Source of the DNA: Ramazzottius varieornatus
Taxonomy: Eukaryota; Animalia; Tardigrada
DNA: 64,000 bases
NCBI GenBank assembly: GCA_001949185.1
Contig: BDGG01000011.1
Span: 1,746,423-1,810,422 of the forward strand
Direction: 5' to 3'
Below, piece by piece: positions 63,618 to 64,000 of the stretch (position 1 is the first letter of the stretch; the number at the start of each line of letters is the position of its first letter). The notes under the pieces were generated by a model. The model searched no databases. It was not told the DNA's origin and was given only the letters and a program-made list of their open reading frames with translations. The translations under genes were made by a program, and so were the position numbers.

Positions 63618-64000
63618 TAAGCCATGCTGGAAGAGAAAGACCAAACACAGACAATGTGAAGGTCTATTGCTACTGATAGAGTTGAACTCTGATAACGATC
63701 ACTAGAGTTCATGCAATCTTTTGAAATACAAAAATCCAGGCACCTTAAGAATTGGAACAAAAGCAGCGCTGCAAGAACTGCAGATGGGGAATAATCCACA
63801 GCGTTACCTCGGAACGAAGTGGGCGGTGCATGGCACAGCAATAGGGCGACTCAGACCTTTGTTTACGGTACTATACCGGAATATCGTTTGGGCAGAATAT
63901 TAACCGGCACTTTGACTAACTTTGAATATCAAATAACCGCAAAACTAACTGTCAAGAATATCCTTTTACACATGAATGTCGGTCAGTATTCGGTCAGGCG

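Overview
Eukaryotic (animal, invertebrate) genomic DNA with GT-AG introns and one 50-N gap (5482-5531); no rRNA, tRNA or CRISPR features were seen. The intronless DRW-type GPCR and the short introns are compatible with a tardigrade, but that is a weak inference. Genes reconstructed by hand: an alpha-arrestin first exon plus an adjacent decayed arrestin copy; a kelch-repeat gene; an intronless ~519-aa protein with a rapunzel/cephalotoxin-like motif; a minus-strand (GLPxxP)21 + SYG-rich structural protein missed by the ORF track; a multi-exon p38/JNK-like kinase that has lost its TxY motif; a 7TM receptor; a spliced His-Me-finger (DNA/RNA non-specific) endonuclease; plastin/fimbrin; a modular LDLa-serine protease; and an LSM14-like pseudogene. 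The rest is dense in DNA transposons: pogo/Tigger elements (including a three-layer nest), hAT elements with 8-bp TSDs, mariner-type TA-flanked MITEs, a CACTA transposase relic and a Tc4/Tc5-like fragment. All family assignments come from motif recognition, not from database searches.
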